DNA of 64,000 nucleotides from Alphaproteobacteria bacterium (GCA_964291265.2 OZ219747.1:2528001-2592000); one strand, 5' to 3'; counted from the first letter of the stretch, positions 19,097-30,728 are shown. Made by a program: numbers and translations. The notes: generated by a model from the sequence alone, not told the origin.

Positions 19097-20139
19097 GACG
19101 TGCCGTTGTCCGCAATCTGCATCCGCCGGCCGCAGCAGCCGCAGCGCAGAAGGCCGGCCAGAAGCGCCTTGCCGGCCCGCGGCGCCCCCCGGTTCCCCAC
19201 GGTGTTCGCCTCGATCACCCTCCGGTTCCTCTCGTACTCGTCCCAGCCGATGTAGCCCTCGTGGCGGTCGCGCAACAGAACCGACCATGCGGCCTCGGGC
19301 TTCATGATCCCTCGGCGTACCTTCCTGGTCCCGCCAGCGTCAACCGTCACCTCCTGGCGCCGGCGCCCGTACACATAGGCGCCGGCGTAGAGCGGGTTGC
19401 TGAGCATCAAGGCCAGCGTCGAGTTCTGCGGCACCCGCCACGCGATCCCGCCACCCTTGGGGTCGCGAACCGGGATCCTGATGTCGCGCTTGCGGAACCA
19501 GAGATGGACCTGACGGATGCTGCGCAGTTCGCGGAACTTCCGGAACACCAGGTCGATCGCGTCGCGCTGGTGCTGGTCCGGCGTCTTCTCGATGCCGTGA
19601 CGGTCGACCTTCTCGAAGCCGGCCGGCAGGTGCAGGAACAACTCCCCGCGCTCGGCCAGCGCCTGGCGGCTCTCCAGGGACCGCTGGCGGAACACCGCAA
19701 GCTCCATGTCCGCAAACTGGCCCTTGAGACCCAGAAAGGCCCGGTCGTCGACCATCGCCGGATCGTGGATCCGCTCGCGGTCGCCGACCAGGCAGCCGAC
19801 GACGGCGCAGATCTCCAGAAGCGCGTGCCAGTCCCGACCATTGCGCGCCAGACGCGAGGCCTCAAGGGCCAGGACAAGGCCGACCGTGCCGCTGCACACG
19901 GCCTGCAGAAGGCGCTCGAAGCCCGGACGCCTCACCCCGCCGCCCGAAACGCCAAGATCGTCGTCGATCACCTCGACCTTCGCAAAGCCCAGCCCCCGGG
20001 CATGATCCTCGAGGGCGTACTGCAGCTTGCGCCGCTCGACGTGGTTGCGCACCTGCATCTCGCTCGACTGACGGATGTACACGATCGCCGAGCGCGCCAG
20101 GTGGCCGGCGGTCAGCCGCGCGTCACGCATCACCGTCAT
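19097..20139 (-). pseudogene. Large serine recombinase, 5' half
   Basis: AIVYIRQSS, DDDLGVSG, RPGFERLL, EASRLARN, NPLYAG, LLAGLLRCGCCG. Confidence 0.9.
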
Positions 20140-20211
20140 CGCCCGCCCCCTCCCGCAACGCCGCCATCACATGTTCGATCAGCGCCGCGACTGCCGGCTG
20201 CAGGGCCCGCC

Positions 20212-20595
20212 TCAGGTGCGGCCTGTGCCAGGCCAGTGGCGTCTCCTGGAACAGGTCCGTCCGGAACACCAGCGAGATTGTCCTTCATCGAGTTCCTCCT
20301 CTGTCTTCCGCAAGGAACCCAGGAAGGATGTCGCGAGATCATGCAGGTCCGCCAGCGCCTCCAGGGACAGCCTCGGTGCCGCGCGAAGCTCGTAGCGCGC
20401 GGACTCCGGCGACGTCATCCATTCCGCAATCCGGTGCCGCGTACCCTGGGAATCAACGACTACGAGAACCGGACGACCGTGAAGCGACCGCCTCACCCGG
20501 CATGTCACGCGCTGCCCGGCCAGAGGATGAAAGCGGTAATGCACCGTGATCTCCGCGCCAGGCGCAATGTGGGGATTCGCCAGGTAGCCAGCCAT
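20212..20595 (-). CDS. Small recombinase-associated protein (DUF5372/Y4bD-like)
   Basis: VHYRFHPLAG...IAEWMT...RLSLEAL, directly upstream of the recombinase. Confidence 0.6.
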   Translation of the reverse strand: MAGYLANPHIAPGAEITVHYRFHPLAGQRVTCRVRRSLHGRPVLVVVDSQGTRHRIAEWMTSPESARYELRAAPRLSLEALADLHDLATSFLGSLRKTEEELDEGQSRWCSGRTCSRRRHWPGTGRT

Positions 20596-20599
20596 CCGT

Positions 20600-22341
20600 C
20601 TGTGTACGTTATCTTGCGTCGCGGGTCCTGGGCATGGCGGCCCGGCGCTTAGGTGGTGACTTTGCGGCGGCCTATGGCATCCGTCCGGTTCTGGCCCTTG
20701 ACCTTTGTCGCGCCGGAGTATCGGGGCAGTTGCTTCCTGGCGGCCGGCTGGCGCTGTGTCGGTGAGACCACCGGGCGCCGGCTTCGTGACGGCGTGGCGG
20801 AACCGGCGAAGCGCATCCTTCTGCTGCCTCTGGCCTCGGACTGGGACACCTGCCTGGAGGCGCGGCGCGTCCTGGCGCCCGGGGACGGCCTTGACAGCGC
20901 GGCTTGGGCAGAGAACGAATTCGGCGCCGCGCCCTCAGGAGACGCCCGCCTGACGCAGCGGCTTGTGCGCAGTGCCGAGGTTCAGGCCCGGTCACCGACG
21001 AAGACATTCTTCGCTGCGGCGGCTGGCTGCGGAGCGACGGTGAAGGGATACGACAGGATGATCGAGCATCCGGACTACGACGCGGTCTGTGCGTCCACCA
21101 TCATCGGGGGGCATCGCGAACGGACCCTGCGGCGGATGCAGGGCCAGGCGCTGTCGCTTCTGGTGCAGGACGGCACGGACCTCAACTTCGCGACCCGCCA
21201 GGGTTGCGAAGGCCTCGGGATGATCGGCCGCAACACGGGGTCTTCGGGGACGTCGGGCCTGCACCTGCACACGACCTTTGCCGTGAGCGGCGACGGGGTT
21301 CCCCTCGGCGTTGTCAACCTTGAGTTCGACGCCCCGGACGGCGGGGACGACCGGGATCGTCCGGTGGAGGAGCGCAAGACCGGACGGTGGCTGCGCGGCC
21401 TTCGCCACAGCATCGCGGCGGCGAAGGAACTGGACGGGGTGAAGGCCGTGGCGGTGATGGACCGCGAAGGGGACGCGTTCGATGTGCTCCACGAACACCG
21501 TGCGGCGGGCTGCCGCCGTCTGGCGCTGCTGGTGCGGGCGCGTCATGACCGCAGCTTCGGCCGCGGCCGGCCCAAGCTGTTCGAGCGTGTGCGCACGGCG
21601 CCGGAAGGCGGACAGTTCTCCCTCACGGTGGAGCGGCTGTCGGGGCGACGTTCGACAGGGGCGCAGAAGGCCTCCGTCGGGCGGGCGAGGCGCCAGGCGC
21701 AGGTGAGCCTGCGCTGGCTGACACTCGAGATCCCGCCGCCTGCACACACAAGGGCGCGCTTCGGAGCGCAGCCGGTGGTGCTGACCGCGATCCATGCCGG
21801 GGAGGTGGACAGGCCCGACGACGGGTCACAACCGGTGTCGTGGACCCTGCTCACGACCCTGCCTGTCACGAGCCTGCACCAAGCCCGCGAGGTGGTGCGG
21901 TTCTACGGGTTGAGGTGGTGGATCGAGGACTGGCACAGGATCCTCAAGTCGGGCTGCAAGGTGGAGACGATCGCGCATCGAACCGGGGGACGCATCGAAC
22001 GGGCCGTGGCCATCAACGCGGTGATTGCCTGGCGCATCGCCGCTCTCACCCACCTGGCGCGAACGGAACCGGAGCTTCCGGCAAGGACCGCATTCACCGA
22101 CATCGAACTGGCGCTGCTGAAAGACTTCGCGCATGTCCGCAAGCTGCCGCCGCCTGAGGATCTCTCAGCGGCATTCCGCCTCGTGGCGACGATGGGCGGA
22201 GACCTGAACCGCAGCAAGGACGGCCCGCCCGGCGCGGAGATCACCTGGAACGGCCAGGCTGCGCTGTCGTTCACGGCGTGGATGCTGGGTCACAGTGTCG
22301 ATGCCGGGGACGACAGCGCCGTGCGGCAACACATCAGCTAG
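20600..22341 (+). pseudogene. IS4 (IS50/Tn5-like) transposase 3' part
   Basis: WAENEFG, DARLTQRL, VQDGTDLNF, MDREGD, YGLRWWIEDWHRILKSGC. Confidence 0.88.
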
Positions 22342-22369
22342 CCAGACGGTATTTGTGGGCAATGGGCAG

Positions 22370-22505
22370 CCCACGGCCTCGGCGAACCGATTGCCGTGTG
22401 ATAGTTCGAATCCGCGTAAGCCATCGGCAGGTCCCATTGTTCCGCTGCCAAGGTCGGGACGGCCGAGAGCATCGACAACGCGGCGACCCCGATCGACAAA
22501 CGCAT
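22370..22505 (-). pseudogene. dctP: TRAP substrate-binding protein 5' part
   Basis: Signal peptide then AEQWDLPMAYADSNYHT; an extra frameshift lies before FAEAVG. Confidence 0.8.
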
Positions 22506-22827
22506 GGTCCTGTCTCCCATCCATGAGGTCCGCACCGTCGCGGCAAACGATCCGGTCAACGCAAGCGCGAGTCAACCTGCTGGCCATCCCCGGTGACCCG
22601 TGAAATCGACGTCATCGGCTCGCGGTACGCCATCGGCAGCGTTCCACCGACGGCCCGGGAAGCGACCGACGCCATTGACGGTCCCAACTCGCCAACGCTC
22701 GCAAAGACGATCTTCCGCAGGTCTCTCTCGTCGTGGTATAGGATTGCCCCGACGTGCTGCATGGGCAGCACATGATTCAACCACAAGTCGCAGCCAGGTC
22801 AGTCAGGATGACCGGAGGATCCTCGTG

Positions 22828-24300
22828 ATGCGTGTCGAATTTGCCCCGTCCATTCCCGATGATACCGATACCATCGTCGTGGCGACCCAGGAGGATGGTC
22901 AGCTCTTTGCCTCGGCGGAAGCCATTGACCGTGCCTCCGGCGGAGCCATCACCCGCGCCATGGAGGTCTCGGCGCGGTTTTCCGGCAAGAAGGGCCAGAT
23001 CCTCGACATCGTCGCCCCGGAGACCATGGATGCCAGTCACATCGTCGTGGTCGGCACCGGTGACTACGCGACCTTCACCCCCCTTGATCGCCAGAACCTC
23101 GGTGGTGGCGCCTACCGCCATCTCGACAGGCTGGGGGCGCGAAACGTCGCCATTCCGTCAGGACACCCCCTGAACGTCTGCGAGTTCGTTCACGGCATGA
23201 CGTTGCGCAGCTATCGCTTCGACAGCTACCGCACGGTGGTGAAGGAGGAGGCCAGACCGACCGTCGAGAGGGTCACCGTGGTTACCCAAGACGCCGTGGC
23301 GAGCGAGGAGAAGGCGACGCGCCTGAAGTGCGTGGCCGACGGCGTCTTCCTGACCCGGGATCTAGTGAGCGAACCGGCCAACACGCTTCATCCCGAAGAG
23401 TTTGCCCGCCGTGCCACGGCGTTGCGAGATCTTGGCGTCAGCGTCACCGTTCTTGGCGAGGACGAGATGGCGGAACTCGGCATGGGGGCGCTCCTCGGTG
23501 TCGGTCAGGGCAGCGAGCGCGAGAGCCAGCTGGTTGTCATGAGGTGGAAGGGAGCCGGCGACGATGATCCGTGGCTCGCCGTGGTCGGCAAGGGCGTGTG
23601 TTTCGACACCGGCGGCATTTCGCTCAAGCCCGGCGCCGGTATGGAGGACATGAAGTTCGACATGGCCGGAGCGGGCTGCGTCACCGGGCTCATGCATGCA
23701 CTGGCCTCGCGCGGGGCCCGCGCCAACGTTGCCGGTGTCATCGGCTGCGTCGAGAACATGCCTTCCCACAACGCGCAGCGCCCTGGCGATGTGGTGAAGA
23801 CCATGTCGGGCCAGACCATAGAGGTGATCAACACCGACGCCGAGGGGCGTCTCGTGCTTGCCGATGCGCTCTACTGGACCGTGCAGAACATCAAGCCGGA
23901 CCAGGTGATCGACCTGGCGACGCTGACCGGCGCCATCATCATCGCCCTCGGCACCTACCGGGCGGGATTGTTCAGCAACGATGACGATCTCGCAAGGGCC
24001 CTGGAGGCCGCCGGCCAGGCGACCGGTGAGGAACTGTGGCGCATGCCGCTTGGCGAGCGTTACAGCGAGGACATCAATTCGCACATCGCCGACATGAAGA
24101 ATGTCGGCAAGAAGCGCGAGGCGGGGTCCACCGCCGGGGCGGTACTTCTCCAGAGATTCGTCGGCGACACCCCCTGGGCCCATCTCGACATCGCCGGCAC
24201 GGCGTGGGCCCATTCGGACGAGGCTCTGACGCCGCGGGGAGCCACCGGATTCGGCGTCCGCCTGCTCGACCGCTTCGTTGCCGACACCAGGGAAACATGA
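22828..24300 (+). CDS. pepA: Leucyl aminopeptidase (M17)
   Basis: VGKGVCFDTGG, MKFDMAG, NTDAEGRL, ATLTGA, WAHLDIAG. Confidence 0.96.
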   Translation: MRVEFAPSIPDDTDTIVVATQEDGQLFASAEAIDRASGGAITRAMEVSARFSGKKGQILDIVAPETMDASHIVVVGTGDYATFTPLDRQNLGGGAYRHLDRLGARNVAIPSGHPLNVCEFVHGMTLRSYRFDSYRTVVKEEARPTVERVTVVTQDAVASEEKATRLKCVADGVFLTRDLVSEPANTLHPEEFARRATALRDLGVSVTVLGEDEMAELGMGALLGVGQGSERESQLVVMRWKGAGDDDPWLAVVGKGVCFDTGGISLKPGAGMEDMKFDMAGAGCVTGLMHALASRGARANVAGVIGCVENMPSHNAQRPGDVVKTMSGQTIEVINTDAEGRLVLADALYWTVQNIKPDQVIDLATLTGAIIIALGTYRAGLFSNDDDLARALEAAGQATGEELWRMPLGERYSEDINSHIADMKNVGKKREAGSTAGAVLLQRFVGDTPWAHLDIAGTAWAHSDEALTPRGATGFGVRLLDRFVADTRET

Positions 24301-24761
24301 CCCGGGTCGACTTCTATCACCTGCTCTCGTCCCCTCTCGAGACCGCACTTCCCCAGCTCCTGGAGAAGGCGCTGGAGAAAGACATGCGGGCCGTCGTGAT
24401 GACGGTCTCGCGTGAACGGGCCGTCCACCTCGACAGCGCCCTGTGGACCTATAGGAACGAGAGTTTCCTGCCCCATGGCTGTGTCGGGCAGGCCCGGAAT
24501 GCGGAACATCAGCCTGTCTGGATTACCGACACCGACGAAAACCCGAACGACGCCAACCTCCTGGTGCTGGTCGATCGTGCCGATTGCGCCGATGTCAACG
24601 TCTTCGAGCGTGTTGTCGACATGTTTGATGGCCATGATAGCGAGGCCGTCGCCGCGGCGCGCCGCCGCTGGAAGGCGCGCCGCGATGCCGGACACGTCCT
24701 GAATTACTGGAAGCAGACGCCGCGAGGGATGTGGGAGAAAAAGGCGTCGACCGCCGCGTGA
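24297..24761 (+). CDS. holC: DNA polymerase III chi subunit
   Basis: MTRVDFYHL, LWTY..ESFLPH, ARRRWK; conserved pepA-holC order. Confidence 0.95.
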   Translation: MTRVDFYHLLSSPLETALPQLLEKALEKDMRAVVMTVSRERAVHLDSALWTYRNESFLPHGCVGQARNAEHQPVWITDTDENPNDANLLVLVDRADCADVNVFERVVDMFDGHDSEAVAAARRRWKARRDAGHVLNYWKQTPRGMWEKKASTAA

Positions 24762-24765
24762 CACG

Positions 24766-25173
24766 ATGGCGCGAATCGTTCCCTGGGATGTGGATCGGCT
24801 GGCCCTGGCCGGCGGACATGCTCCGGAACTGGCGACGCTGGAACGTCTGCGGCGCGACCTCGGTCCGGACCTGACCGTCTTCCACTCCGTCCACTGGACG
24901 CGTGAGTCGGGTGATCGAACATCCTGGGGCGAAGCCGACTTCATCATCGTCAACCGCGCCGGCAGGATTCTCGTGATCGAACAGAAGAACGGTTCCCTGG
25001 ATGAGACGGCCGCCGGACTTGTCAAGCGGTACCGTGACGGCGCATCCGACCCCGTCTTCCAGGTGCGGCGCTCGGTCGACAACATCAAGGGCAAGTTCCG
25101 CAGGGTGCACGGGCGCGAGGCCGCTCTTGCACAAACGGTGGGCGTACCGCCGCGCCGCTCTGCGTCCTCATGA
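24766..25173 (+). pseudogene. NERD nuclease/UvrD-like helicase, 5' fragment
   Basis: VFHSVHW, GEADF, VIEQKNG (PD-D/ExK), PVFQV; resemblance ends near 25120. Confidence 0.75.
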
Positions 25174-25382
25174 CATCAGACTGTCGTCCACAGCCCTCCA
25201 GAACCCCATGCCAGGGCGACCGCACGCGTCCCGCAGGCCCGACATCCTTCGTCATATAAGGCCGAACATCACGCTCCGACGTCGGACAACACGCATCCTC
25301 GCGCGTCCGTAAACAACACCTCCTTCACACTTTCTGCATGTCGACACCGGGGCGGCGCGGCCTTCGTCCAAACCCGCTTAGT

Positions 25383-27332
25383 CCGAAGTTCCAGAACCGA
25401 TCAGACGTATCGTTATGAATGTATTGACGTTTGAAAAAATCGGGTGTGTCGCTACTGGGAACGCTGCAGGCGTATGCCGAGGTAGTCCAGGGCCTTTTTC
25501 TGGAGCGGCGTGGGCCGCGTGGTGACCTGGAAGGGTTGGGCGCCCGCAAGGCGGGGCGCCACGGTGTTGCGGGTGATGGTCGCGAGATCATCGAGGAGGG
25601 TGCGGAAACTGTGCACCGGATCACCCCCGGGCGTCCTCTTCGTTGCCGCCTTGGCCCGGGCGCTCGCCGAGACTTCTGCCGGCGCCACGACGGACGGCCG
25701 CCGGGCCTCGGCGCCTTCGGCATCCTCGTCGTCGAACAGCATGGGCTTCAGTTTCTGGCGCATGTGCCATTCCACGTAGTAGGCGAGCATGCACAGGAAG
25801 ACATGGGCGCGGACCCGGGGTTCGGTGCGGTGGTAGACGGGACGGACCTTCAGATCCACGGTCTTCAGGCTGCGGAAGGCCCGTTCCACCGAACTCAACC
25901 GCTTGTAGGCGCGCACCGTGCCGGGACCGTCGAGTGCGCTTTGCGGCAGGCTGGTGCGGATCACGCAGAGGCCGTCGAGCCTGGCCTCGGCGGCGATGGC
26001 AGCCTCATCGCGCCCATAGGTGAAGACACCGTCGTCGTCGATGGACCACGTGAAGTGCTTCGCCATCTTGTACTTGCCGATGACCTTGCCGACCCGCTCC
26101 CCGATCTTGTCGGCACCCTTGAGACGGCGCTTGTCGCGCCGTGTCGCTGCTGCGATCGGTTCAAGCAGGGCCTCGGTGGCCTCGAGCAGTTCCTGGCGCT
26201 TGCGGGCCCGGTCCTCGGCCAGCAGGGGGTTGCGGCAGACCATGAGGCGTTCGCCGGGATACGCATCGCTGGTGATCTCCACCAGGTCCCTCTCGTCGAA
26301 GAGCGACATCTCGACGTCGCCGGCCTCCACAAGGGCGCGGATGGCCGGTCCCCTCAAGGCGCTGATCCAGTCCAGGCCCGCAGGCTTCACCTCCTCGCGT
26401 ATGCGCGCCTCGGTCAGCATCCCCCGGTCTCCCACCAGCACCACCTTCGCCAGGGAGAAGCGCTCCTGCAGCGTGGTGATCTGTGATGCCACCGTCCCGG
26501 GGTCCGCCGTGTTGCCGGGGAACACTTCCACCGACACTGGACAGCCGTCCCGATCGCACAGAAGGCCGAACTCGATCTGCAGCTTGCCCTTCTTGCCATC
26601 CCGGGAATGACCCCTCCTGGCCAGGGGACACGCTCTCCCCTCCATCCATACCGAGGTCAGGTCATAGAGCACCAGGCAGCCCTCTTCGAGGCGCCGCTTC
26701 GCCAGGGACCGCTCGATCCTCTCCTGACGCTCCAGGAGCCAGTCCATGGCGCCATAGAGGGCGTCCTCGTCCATCTCCGCATCGAGGACCTCGCCCAGGG
26801 TGCTGACCGCCGTGGCCTCGGCCAGCCCCCTGGCCGTGGCCAGCTTCGAGGCGGGCTCGAGGATGCGTGCCACGATCATGGCCAGGACCTGATCGCGCTC
26901 AGGCGAGGGCTTCGGGTCGATCAACCTGTCCAGTCCCAGCTTCTTCAGGGTTCCCAGCACTGCGGCGACATGCCCATGGGGTAGGGAGCGGACGATGTCG
27001 AAGGCGTCGTCACGACCGACGAGGGGTTCGTTCTTCAAGAACCGCCGCAGGGTCTCGACCTTTTCCATGGGCCAGGAGGAGAGATTGGCGATGGTGCGCT
27101 TCTTGACCTTGCCGTTCTCGCGCCATCCCTCTCGCAGGAGGACGGCGGGGGGTGAGTTACGGTTGGGGACGATGTCTACGTACATGGCAACGTATATGGG
27201 GGCGTAAGCCCACCGTGTCAAGGGAAAACTTCGCCGTTACATGGGAACCTTCTCGCGCCATCATCGCGCTATTTTGCCAACACAATCAACCGGTTATCGT
27301 GACTCTGCCGCTGAAATCGTCCGGAACTTCGG
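25383..27332 (-). mobile_element. IS1634-family element, copy 2
   Basis: Near-identical reverse complement of 1248-3197; flanks CTTAGT / TTTAGG do not match. Confidence 0.93.
25452..27185 (-). CDS. IS1634-family transposase
   Basis: Differs from copy 1 by a few residues. Confidence 0.93.
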   Translation of the reverse strand: MYVDIVPNRNSPPAVLLREGWRENGKVKKRTIANLSSWPMEKVETLRRFLKNEPLVGRDDAFDIVRSLPHGHVAAVLGTLKKLGLDRLIDPKPSPERDQVLAMIVARILEPASKLATARGLAEATAVSTLGEVLDAEMDEDALYGAMDWLLERQERIERSLAKRRLEEGCLVLYDLTSVWMEGRACPLARRGHSRDGKKGKLQIEFGLLCDRDGCPVSVEVFPGNTADPGTVASQITTLQERFSLAKVVLVGDRGMLTEARIREEVKPAGLDWISALRGPAIRALVEAGDVEMSLFDERDLVEITSDAYPGERLMVCRNPLLAEDRARKRQELLEATEALLEPIAAATRRDKRRLKGADKIGERVGKVIGKYKMAKHFTWSIDDDGVFTYGRDEAAIAAEARLDGLCVIRTSLPQSALDGPGTVRAYKRLSSVERAFRSLKTVDLKVRPVYHRTEPRVRAHVFLCMLAYYVEWHMRQKLKPMLFDDEDAEGAEARRPSVVAPAEVSASARAKAATKRTPGGDPVHSFRTLLDDLATITRNTVAPRLAGAQPFQVTTRPTPLQKKALDYLGIRLQRSQ

Positions 27333-28577
27333 TTTAGGACTCTAGCCAAAATAAGTTGATTATTATGCCCGTGGCGTAAGGGTGTAGTTCCACTCGCCGT
27401 GGAACGGGTCTCTGCGGATAGCGAGGCCGTCCATCTGATCGTCGCTGACCTTGACCCCGAGCGGATAGCTGTTCTCGTCGAGGTCCGAGCGTATGGTGAG
27501 GCCGGCGCCGGTGGTGGTCGCGGCGATCAGCTCGACGATCACCTGGTGGCTGACGAGAGGCCGGCCGCGCCAGTTCTGGGTGATATGACAGAACATCCGG
27601 TGCTCGATCTTGTTCCACTTGCTGGTTCCGGGCGGGAAGTGGGCCACCGACACCTGCAACCCGAGTTCGTCGGCGAGGCGCTGCAGTTCCAGTTTCCACA
27701 GCCGGTTGCGGCTGCTGTTGGAGCCGCCGCCGTCGGCGGTGATCAGCAGGCGCCTGGCATCGGGATAGAGTAGCTGGCCCATCTGTCGCCACCAACGGCG
27801 CAGGGTCTCGACCGCAAACGCCGCCGTGTCGTGATCAATCCCGACGCTGACCCAGTCAGCATTGGCGGTGAGATCGTAGACCCCATAGGGGATCGCCTTG
27901 CCGAGCTCCGGATCGGGGAAGTCATGCACGTTGACGGCTTCAGGGTCGCCCTTGGGGCGCCATTCCCGGCCGCCATTGCGGTACTGGCCAACGATTTCCT
28001 TCTTCTTGGTGTCGACCGACACCACAGGCTGGCCCAGCCTCTGGAACGCGCGCACCCGGCGGTCAATGCGTCGGAACTGCGCATCCCGATCCGGATGCTG
28101 GCGGCCTTCCAACGTCTTGCGATTGGCCTGAAGGCTCATACCCCAGATCGTGGAGCAGCCGGTTCACCGTGCGCTCGCTGACACGATGGCCCTTGACCGC
28201 AAGACGGTCCGCCAGCCGTGCGGCACTGTGACACGTCCAGCGCAGCGGACTCTCCGGATCGCCGCGCGTCATCGGTTCAAGCTCGCACTCCAGCGCCGCC
28301 ACCAAACCAGGATCCACATCCGTCACCCGCTTGCGCCCGCCGCCGGGGCGACGCAAACGCCCTGAAGGAATCTCACTCGAAGACCCCGAGACCGCGTCCG
28401 ATCCGAGCTCCTTCAGCCCGGCGCGAACGGTGCTACGCGACATCCCCGTCGCCTCGGCCACTCGCTCAATGCCTCCGCGCCCGATGGCACGGGCCTCCGT
28501 CGCCGCCCACAGGCGCCGCGCACGTTCGTTCAGAAACGGACGCAACACCACAAATTTGGATCGTAGCGTATTGACAA

Positions 28578-30670
28578 CAGGGCTTTTCTTTTGTCGTCCC
28601 GGCGCTCGGCGCACGCAGGATTCTGGGGGTGGACATCCCGTTTTCGCTGTGGCAGTGTGCCGGCATGACGACGCTTGCGACCCCAGATTCCCCTATCGAC
28701 CTTCGCGAGGTGACGGTGCGCCCGACCCGTGGCGCACGTGAGCACCGGCTCTGGGATCGTCTGGTCAAGGAGCATCACTACCTGCGGTTTCACGGCATCA
28801 TCGGCAAGGGCCTGCGCCATGTCGCCCTGCACGGCGAGACCTGGGTGGCGCTGGTCGGCTGGCAGCCGGGCGCGTTCAAGCTTGCTGCACGCGACCGCTG
28901 GATCGGCTGGACTGCGGAGCAGCAGTTCCGCCGCCTGCATCTGATCGCGAACAATTCCCGGTTCGTCATTCTTGGCCCGAGAGGGGTGCCGAACCTGGCG
29001 TCCCGCGTGCTCGGCCTGAGCCTTCGGCGGCTGTCCGCCGACATTGAGGCTGCGCACGGATACCCAGTGTTCCTCGCGGAGACGTTCGTCGACATCAAGC
29101 GCTTCGCCGGAACCTGCTATCGCGCGGCGAACTGGCGCTCGCTGGGCTTGACGCGCGGCTTCGGTCGCAAGCCCGGCGGCACCGCACGCTTCCGTCACCA
29201 CGGCCAGCCCAAGGAGATCTTCATGTACGAACTGACCGACGGCGCCGCCGAGGCGCTGAGCCGGGACGCGATCCCGGAGAGCTGGAACGCGGAGCAGCAC
29301 GACCAAGCCGGACCGATGGCCGCATCCGGGCTGCGCAGTCTGTTCGCCTGCCTGGGCGAGGTGCTCGAGTGCCGCAAGGCCCGGGGCAAGCGCTATCCGC
29401 TGAGAACCATTCTCGCGATCGCCGTCGCAGCCCGGCTCGCCGGCTACCGCGGCGTGAGCGCATTCGCTCAGTTCGCCGCCCTGCTCACCCAGGAACAGCT
29501 GGCGGCGGTGGGTGCGTTCTACAGCCCGTCGAAGAAGCGCTACACGGCGCCCACGTCCACAACCTTCCACAGCATCCTCGCCAACCTGCCGCCCGAGACC
29601 CTGGACCACGCCATCGGCCTGTGGACGGCCCAGCAGGCCGGTGCAGACACACCGCTCGCCATGGACGGCAAGGACATCCGCGGCGCCTCCAAGCAGACCA
29701 AAAACGGGCGGCGGATGATGGTCGCAGCGGTCGAGCACGGAACCGGCATGGTCCTCGGCCAGGTCGAGGTCGACGCGAAGAGCAACGAGATCCCCGCCGT
29801 GCGGGACCTCGCCAGCAGCATCGACGTCACGGGCCGCATCGTCACCCTGGACGCGATGCACGCTCAGCACGAGACCGCGCAACGGCTTCTCGAGCGCCGC
29901 GCCGATTATGTCATCACGGCGATCAAGGATAACCAGGAGACCATGCTCGACGACCTCAAGGCCATCGACTTCAAGGGCGCGGCTTCGTTCGAGACGCTCG
30001 ACAAGGGGCACGGACGCATCGAGCGCCGCCGCTGTGCCGTGGTCGACATCTCCGGCGCCGAGTGGGACGGCTACGCCGCTCTCCACGGTCGCCACCAAGC
30101 CATCCGCATCGAGCGCGAACGCGAGATCTGCAAGACCAAAGAACGCAGTGTCGAGACCACCTGGTGCCTCACCTCGCTCGCTCCCGAACGCGCCGGACCC
30201 GAGATGCTTCTGGCCCTCGTGCGCGACCACTGGGTCATCGAAAATCGACTCCACTACGTACGCGACTTCACCTACGACGAGGACCGCTGCAGGGTCCATG
30301 TGCGCCATCTGCCACGCAACCTCTCCTGCCTGACAAACGCCGCCATCGCCATCGTGCGCTGCGGCGGACATTTCGACTATATGCCCGAAGCCAACCGGCA
30401 CTACGCCGCTCGCGCCCAGGACGCGCTCGACGCTATCCTCATCCCGCCCGGCGGATGAACCTTCGCTCCTGACCCCGCGCCACAAGCCGGGAACGCGCCG
30501 CCTGACGGCGCAACAGGACAGTTCTGCTCGCACACTCGAAAAAACGTGCCTGCGAGCCCTGATGCACCAGCAGTGCCCACTGAAACCAGCCCACAGTGAA
30601 CCCGGGCGCCTCAACCATGCCGGTCCCTGTCACATCAACAATCCACAGGACTGAAAAAAGAATGGTCCTG
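28578..30670 (+). mobile_element. ISAs1-family element, copy 2
   Basis: Same ends as copy 1; 10-bp TSD GTATTGACAA at 28568-28577 and 30671-30680. Confidence 0.93.
28665..30458 (+). CDS. DUF4338-ISAs1 transposase fusion
   Basis: Near-identical to 4148-5941. Confidence 0.9.
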   Translation: MTTLATPDSPIDLREVTVRPTRGAREHRLWDRLVKEHHYLRFHGIIGKGLRHVALHGETWVALVGWQPGAFKLAARDRWIGWTAEQQFRRLHLIANNSRFVILGPRGVPNLASRVLGLSLRRLSADIEAAHGYPVFLAETFVDIKRFAGTCYRAANWRSLGLTRGFGRKPGGTARFRHHGQPKEIFMYELTDGAAEALSRDAIPESWNAEQHDQAGPMAASGLRSLFACLGEVLECRKARGKRYPLRTILAIAVAARLAGYRGVSAFAQFAALLTQEQLAAVGAFYSPSKKRYTAPTSTTFHSILANLPPETLDHAIGLWTAQQAGADTPLAMDGKDIRGASKQTKNGRRMMVAAVEHGTGMVLGQVEVDAKSNEIPAVRDLASSIDVTGRIVTLDAMHAQHETAQRLLERRADYVITAIKDNQETMLDDLKAIDFKGAASFETLDKGHGRIERRRCAVVDISGAEWDGYAALHGRHQAIRIEREREICKTKERSVETTWCLTSLAPERAGPEMLLALVRDHWVIENRLHYVRDFTYDEDRCRVHVRHLPRNLSCLTNAAIAIVRCGGHFDYMPEANRHYAARAQDALDAILIPPGG

Positions 30671-30728
30671 GTATTGACAATCGCTTCCATGACGTCATTG
30701 ATAGCAGATTCTGAGAGGACACCTCGAC

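Larger units (their letters stand above)
6785..20599 (-). mobile_element. Large serine recombinase element (about 3.3 kb core) inserted in the IS4 transposase
   Basis: IS4 frame breaks at RFLIRP and resumes at 20600; TCCGT shared at both junctions (6780-6784, 20595-20599); exact crossover uncertain. Confidence 0.7.
4036..22369 (+). mobile_element. IS4-family element (about 2.4 kb) expanded to 18.3 kb by nested insertions
   Basis: Ends CTGCCCATCGGACACATTT and (revcomp) CTGCCCATTGCCCACAAAT; 8-bp TSD CCCACGGC at 4028-4035 and 22370-22377; removal rejoins dctP as RFAEAVGVCTGG. Confidence 0.88.
27363..30690 (-). pseudogene. ISAzo13-family transposase, interrupted by ISAs1 and frameshifted near 28135
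   Basis: LNERARRLWAA, GDPESPLRWT, SVDTKKKE, GTSKWNKIEHR, HGEWNY; start MEAIVNT lies beyond the ISAs1; probable element ends about 27336 and 30724. Confidence 0.88.

Noticed and set aside
22580-22720. TLPMAY-containing minus-strand stretch resembling a second dctP start
   Set aside because: Too short and degenerate to support
1248-27332. Composite transposon or inversion between the two inverted IS1634 copies
   Set aside because: Copy 1 keeps its own perfect TSD and the outer flanks do not match
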